Source: Ramazzottius varieornatus (Eukaryota; Animalia; Tardigrada). From it: 64,000 nt of DNA. The translations under genes and the position numbers were made by a program. Positions 58,920 through 64,000 of this stretch are shown here, piece after piece (the first letter of the stretch is position 1; every line of letters starts with the position of its first letter). The DNA is taken from positions 6,562,448 to 6,626,447 of the forward strand of contig BDGG01000002.1 in the NCBI GenBank assembly GCA_001949185.1, written 5' to 3'. The notes beneath the pieces were generated by a model that worked only from the letters and a program-made list of their open reading frames with translations, made no database searches and had not been told where the DNA came from.

Positions 58920-60956
58920 TCAGCCTCTCTTTTTAGATTTCATTGCCGCCTTTGCTCGCTCTTGAAGACCGTTTTTCTTTTTGGGCAAAGTTTTCGAGCT
59001 GGCTTTAGGCTTCGACTGCTTCTTAGGCTTGGCTGGAGGAGCCGCGCCAGGTTTCTTTTTCTTCTTCACTTCTTTCTTTTTCTTAATTTTGGTTTCATTG
59101 TCGTAATCGTACTCGGTGCCCTTCTCCACCAGCTCGTGGTAGCGTCCTGTTTTCGCCACTCCGTACTTATCCGCCCAGTACAGTAGCCTCTGAACCGCTG
59201 GCTTCAACGTGGTGTAGTCCATCTGATCCAGATCAACGTCGGTGGTTTCTGCGCCACAATCCTCATAGTTCCCGAACCTAAAACGTATCAAAAACACTTG
59301 CTAGATATCAACCGCTGAGCTTATCTACTGTGAAAAATTGCGAGGCCGACAAACAAAACATGACAGAGTGTCATCTCAAGTGGCGCACGCTGTCAGGCAA
59401 TAACAATGAAAAGTGCGTCACTTGGGGTAGCAATCTTGTGCGTTTCGTTTGCCGACCTTCCATTTGTTGTTACCGTAAGATGAGTCCGCCTAAAAACTTG
59501 CGCATATCGGCACCGTTCCGATACAGCACCATCCTTCTCTGTAGCTCATCCAGCTCGGCATCACTGAGGGGCGTATTATATTTACTGAACATTCGCAGCA
59601 TAAAGGTAATGTGGTCCTCGACAGGTGTATTGGACGTGCTTCGTTTCCATACTTCTATCTCGCTGATATGGATAACATTATCAACCTTGAAGTAGTTCTT
59701 TCCTCCGTACGGTTCCTTCGGTGGCTGAGTACGCTGCAAGTACGCTTTGATTGCGTAGTCCTTCGGCAGTAAGAACTCTTGCGCGTCGGTGAAGCGGACA
59801 TTTTTGAGGACCAGATCAGAAAGATAGTTCCAGGGTATCTCTAATGACTTGCGGATGACTGTGATTGGGAGGACCAAGTTAGCCACAGTTACGCAGTTCA
59901 AACGCGGAAGGTTGTTGTAGTTGGCCAGCTCGGTCAAGAGCTTTACCGTGGCGTTTGCGTAGTTATTCTTTCTGGCTTCTCGTTCTTCGTGAGTGTCATT
60001 CTTCAGATACTCAGCTAAGTCTTCTTTTTCGATATACAACTGGACATGATTAACACCACTTCCGCCTTCTTGAAGGAAGGTCCTCAGTGAACGCAGGGAT
60101 AAACTCTTCCCAGGTGATGAAACAACGTTTTGGTTTTTGATGTAAATGTTACTGTCCTTGAGGAAATCATCGGCGGTGAGTAGAGCTCTCCATCGTGTAC
60201 AGGTTCTACGAACAACACAGAATCCTTTTCACTATGAAGCTGAATCAGACGCCGAATAAAGCGGCACAGAGACGCTCGCTCGCACATGCATACAGGCGCT
60301 TCGTGGCAAGCGTTTAGTTTGCTGTACGTAGGTTCGTGTCAGTTGGTCTCACTTCCCATACGAGGAGGGGCATACGATTATTCAACTTACCGCCGAAATT
60401 TATTTTGCTCATGAAAGCCTAAAAGCCGAAAGGTTCTGTGCAGAAACTTGTCGGACATATCTGCAATAGTCGTTCGCGTTCCGGCTGCTTCCTCGTCCAC
60501 CACGACAGCCCTGAGGTTAGCTTTCACCGCCCTCTTAACAACGGCATGTCTGTTCTTCGCAGCACCTTTCTTTGCAGCACCCTTTGGGTTCTTTGGCACT
60601 GCGGCTGCTGCTGCCTTTTTGGGGGCGCTGGTGGCGGTGGCTGTGAACGTCGCTATCTTTGCTTTTGTTTTGGTAGCTGCGGTTCTTTTGGGAAGGATTC
60701 TCTTAGACTTTGAGTCGTCAGTTGGAAATACCGAAGGTAGAGAAGCCACAGCAGGTTTCGCCTCCTGATCATCTCCACCGGCATTCTGCTGCGTACTTCG
60801 CTTCCGCTTTCGTGTCACGGGACCGTCCTTCTTACTCGGTCCTGCAGCAGATTTCTTTCCCGCACCGGACGCAGTTTTCTTTGATGACGTACCTGGTCCA
60901 TCGCCGCTGGTGGCCGCCTTCAGATCAAGACTCTTCAGAAATGACGGAGAAAACAT
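58920..60956 (-). CDS. F-box protein with Lys/Ala-rich basic disordered N- and C-termini (3 exons)
   Basis: Splicing ~60391 to ~60206 gives TIADMSDKFLHRTFRLLGFHEQNKFRRTCTRWRALL, an F-box-like pattern, in frame with the 59470-60039 ORF and terminal exon 58920-59277. Confidence 0.7.
59339..59462. repeat. Palindromic element copy J (F-box gene intron; 24-nt spacer)
   Basis: CAAGTGGCGCAC(59377-59388)-N24-GTGCGTCACTTG(59413-59424). Confidence 0.9.
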
Positions 60957-61333
60957 GCCGGAAGTCGCGTCATTCCAATACCATATTTTCGTTTAGAAAC
61001 AAATCAATATCTATTAACATAAAATGCTGGCTCGATTGGCAAAATCCTCCCAGAATCTAAGTTCAAAACTTGCATTCACCTTTGAGATAACGAAATTAGA
61101 ATCCAAGGATGCACTGACTCAGTTTTACGGAAGAGCGGAAGAACCTCATCAACGAGATACGCTAAGCAACAAAAGACTCAGGAAATTGATCAAAGTCTTT
61201 GAGGGCCTTCTTGACGACAACACGAGCTGCATCTCGTTGAGATCGACGACTTTATCGGCAATCGCCAAAAGTAGGTAACAAATTTTAGTTAGAGTCAATA
61301 TAGTTAATATCTACTGAACAATTGTCGACAAAA

Positions 61334-64000
61334 TCAACGTGCTATAGGAGTCGAATATGACTGGATTTGATGAGGCGAATTTATCGAAGATTGCGAAGGT
61401 TGTCTTAGTACAGTGCATTTACAACCTAGAGGAATTTTCATTTGGTCCACGTGAACGCCGAACTCTGGCGAGAAAACCATCATTTGCTGTAGGGCGTACT
61501 CTTGCTCGCACTGGGTGGGTACGCGAGGGTTCACGTAGTGACATGTCCGGTTCCTGAAACAACTTTCAATGACAATCCAGAACAAAAACCGGTTCTTGGT
61601 AGTAGGCAAGCACTTACGTGTCACAGGTTTCGAGCAGGGACATTTGGTACGAGTCGGGTAGGTGTACAATCACCTTCCACTTTTCTTCCGCATTCAAAGC
61701 TCTGTAAACCTTGCCGGAAGGATTGAGCAGAGAAGCGCACATCTTGTCGACCTGAGGCCCACGATTATAATTGGACCTCTGTGGTAAAGCTAGACAAAGC
61801 GATGTAAACATTAGGGACAACATTTCAACAAAAGGCATTTCCACTTCCGGGAACGACTTCGAGGTGGGGAAAGGCAAAGGTGTGAAATGATAATGATTAC
61901 CTTGTACAGTTGGAGGTGGTGCTGCAGCAGCGTTCTGACCACCGCTCGGTGCGTGGGTCCAAGGTACAATCGGACGAAGTAGCTGGTAGGTGTCCGGATG
62001 TTGCGCGATGAATGTGGTAATTTCTAGCCTGAAAAACAATAAAGCTAGTCGACTTGTATTGACCAACGCCCACTTGCAGTTAAAACAAACTGTAGAATCA
62101 ACAAGACAAGTGGATGGTTGATGATCTGCAAGGGCTTACATAGGATATTCAGGATCGTCTAGGCAATAGAGAAGACCCGTTTCTTCAGCGCACACCGGTA
62201 ACAACGCGACTGGCTCAGCAGGTGGCGCTGCTTCGGTTGGTAGTGCCGCTGGAGGGTTCTCTGCAAGGGGAGCCGGGACGTGCACCGTGGACCCGTAACT
62301 GCTCCCGTGTGCTTTGTGGAGTATGGTGGGAGCCTGGTAGTTCGGAAGGACTATCCGTTCCAATCCTTGTCCCTGAGACCTCCCTGGGTATGCTAGGTAG
62401 TCCGTAGGCTGGTCGACACTATTCTGCGCCTCTTTGGGGAACTTCCGATACAGAGCATACTCTGGGTAATTACTCCCGATGACATTATACTGCTGGTTGA
62501 GGTACGGTAGAGACTCGACTACTGGGTAAGGGTTGTTTGTCGCTTGATAGACGGAAGGGGCTGGCTGAGGGAAGTAAAATTTGGGCTGAAAGTACGACGA
62601 ATATCTCTCTTGAGGTTTGCCATTCTGGTACTGGATAGGGACCTGGTTGAGGTGATCAGGTTTCTGGTAGACAGGTGGGGCAGTCGTCGTGGGTGGATCG
62701 TAGATTTCGGGAGAGATGGGTACTTCGTTGTACTTGGGTTGGTAGCGTGGTGGGGGAACTTCTAGTTTGGGCGGCTGGTACTCAGGGTTCGCAGCCGGCG
62801 CATGGGCTTTCTTGTGTTTGAGACTGGGGTTCAGGCTGGGCGGTGTGGGAACAATGTACCCGAGTTGTAGTGAATCTTGATCGGCAACGCGGTACCCAGG
62901 ATGGGACTTCCGGTTCTTGATAATGTAAGAAGCTGGTGTTACATTCGGGTAAGGAAGTACCTTGGTCTGGCTGAGGGGCGAAGGCACCAGTAAGCTGACC
63001 TATAGATGTCGTTAAAATGAGTTTAACTCGAGCCTGATCGACTTGTGAAATAGCAGCTGCAGTGCATTGACTTTGGGGAGTCCGGTGAACAAACTCGACA
63101 ATATTGTTTTTCGTTGTGGCGCACGTTTCTACTGTGGTTAGCTTGAAGCGCGCGTCACCTGGAAAAATAATCTCGCTTTGTTTGCCTGGGTTCGATTTAC
63201 CTGTGTCGGAAGTTGATAGTCGGTCTTCGCGGGATAGTCTTTATGGTACCCGATGTTTATATTCTTGTTAACCTGGCTAGAAATCACGTTGATGTGGGCC
63301 GCTTCGTACTTGGACTGGACAGGATAGACCGATGGTTTGGGGGAAAGGACGCTGGCTCTAACGAATGGATACACCGGGTTCGCTTTTGATCTTGGGTAAT
63401 GCTGCCGAGATATGAGTGGGGCGTCCTGATACTGCAACTGGCCGTTGTAAGCCTGCAAAGGTTCTCCTACCACTACCACGGGAGCATCCGCAGGAACTTC
63501 CACGAAATGAGAAGGCGGAGGAGTGGTCGGTTCCGGCGGCGGTACCACGACTTGCGGCGCGAGGTCGACGACGACCTCCACTGCCGGAATGACTTCAACT
63601 GGTCGAGTCGTCTTTTCCTTTTGCGCAGAACCTACTCAGTATATTTAGCAGAATTGAACAATCATATTCATCTCATACAGTTTTTGAAAATATTTCTAGG
63701 CATCGCTGGGAGACTGAATCAATTCGATATAGGTCTAATGAAAATTGACAAAGGATAAAAAAAGCACTTACCGCCCTCGTTTTCGGCTTCGCTCTCGCTG
63801 TCCTCATCCCCTTCAGACTCTTCCCCACCAGCTTCGCGGCTGCTGACAGTTGACTGCCCACCACCAGCATTTTCTTCCGGATAGTATCCAGTGATCAAGA
63901 AAGGGTCGTCGGGCGTACTTCCTTTGCGTTTCTTCTTTGGCTCAGGACTGTCACTGGCGAAACTAGAAGCGAGTAAAATAATTCCGACCAGGAACACGCT
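61334..64000 (-). CDS. Spaetzle/neurotrophin-1-like secreted cystine-knot protein with a long Pro/Tyr-rich prodomain (5' partial)
   Basis: Signal-peptide-like VFLVGIILLASSFA at the window edge; YCLDDPEYP; knot MCAS...YRALNAEEKWKVIV...LETC...CHY...CEQEYALQQMMVF...HVDQMKIPLGCKC. Confidence 0.85.
63074..63195. repeat. Palindromic element copy K (spaetzle-like intron 63000-63200)
   Basis: AACAAACTCGAC...GTTGTGGCGCAC(63113-63124)-N25-GCGCGTCACCTG(63150-63161)...TTTGTTTGCC. Confidence 0.8.

Overview
Gene-dense eukaryotic (invertebrate) genomic DNA of roughly balanced GC with many very short (~55-80 nt) GT-AG introns. The gene set (four-jointed, spaetzle-like, PAR-bZIP) and the compactness suggest an ecdysozoan, possibly a tardigrade; this is inference only. 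About 20 intron-containing genes can be assembled by hand: an unknown partial gene, a DHRS11-like SDR, four-jointed kinase, UTP18, ATP synthase gamma, a divergent nuclear receptor, Spc25-like, actin (with a CCAAT-CArG-TATA-Inr promoter), LRRC57, MAPKAPK2, ATP synthase delta, Sgf11/ATXN7L3-like, a novel FWxY-repeat protein, cathepsin Z, a SMYD methyltransferase, CstF-77, MON2 (hosting a nested antisense PAR-bZIP gene), an F-box protein with H1-like basic tails, and a spaetzle/NT1-like cystine-knot gene. The most striking unexplained structure is a dispersed ~125-bp palindromic element with 10 complete and 2 degenerate copies, mostly intronic. Its inner inverted 12-mers (CAAGTGGCGCAC...GTGCGCCACTTG) are held exactly 25 bp apart in 9 of 10 complete copies despite heavy substitution elsewhere. 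Other oddities are two homologous adjacent introns in the SMYD gene, a 70-nt near-perfect hairpin upstream of actin, and a probable GC-AG intron. CDS coordinates span first to last coding base including introns; splice models are manual and unverified.
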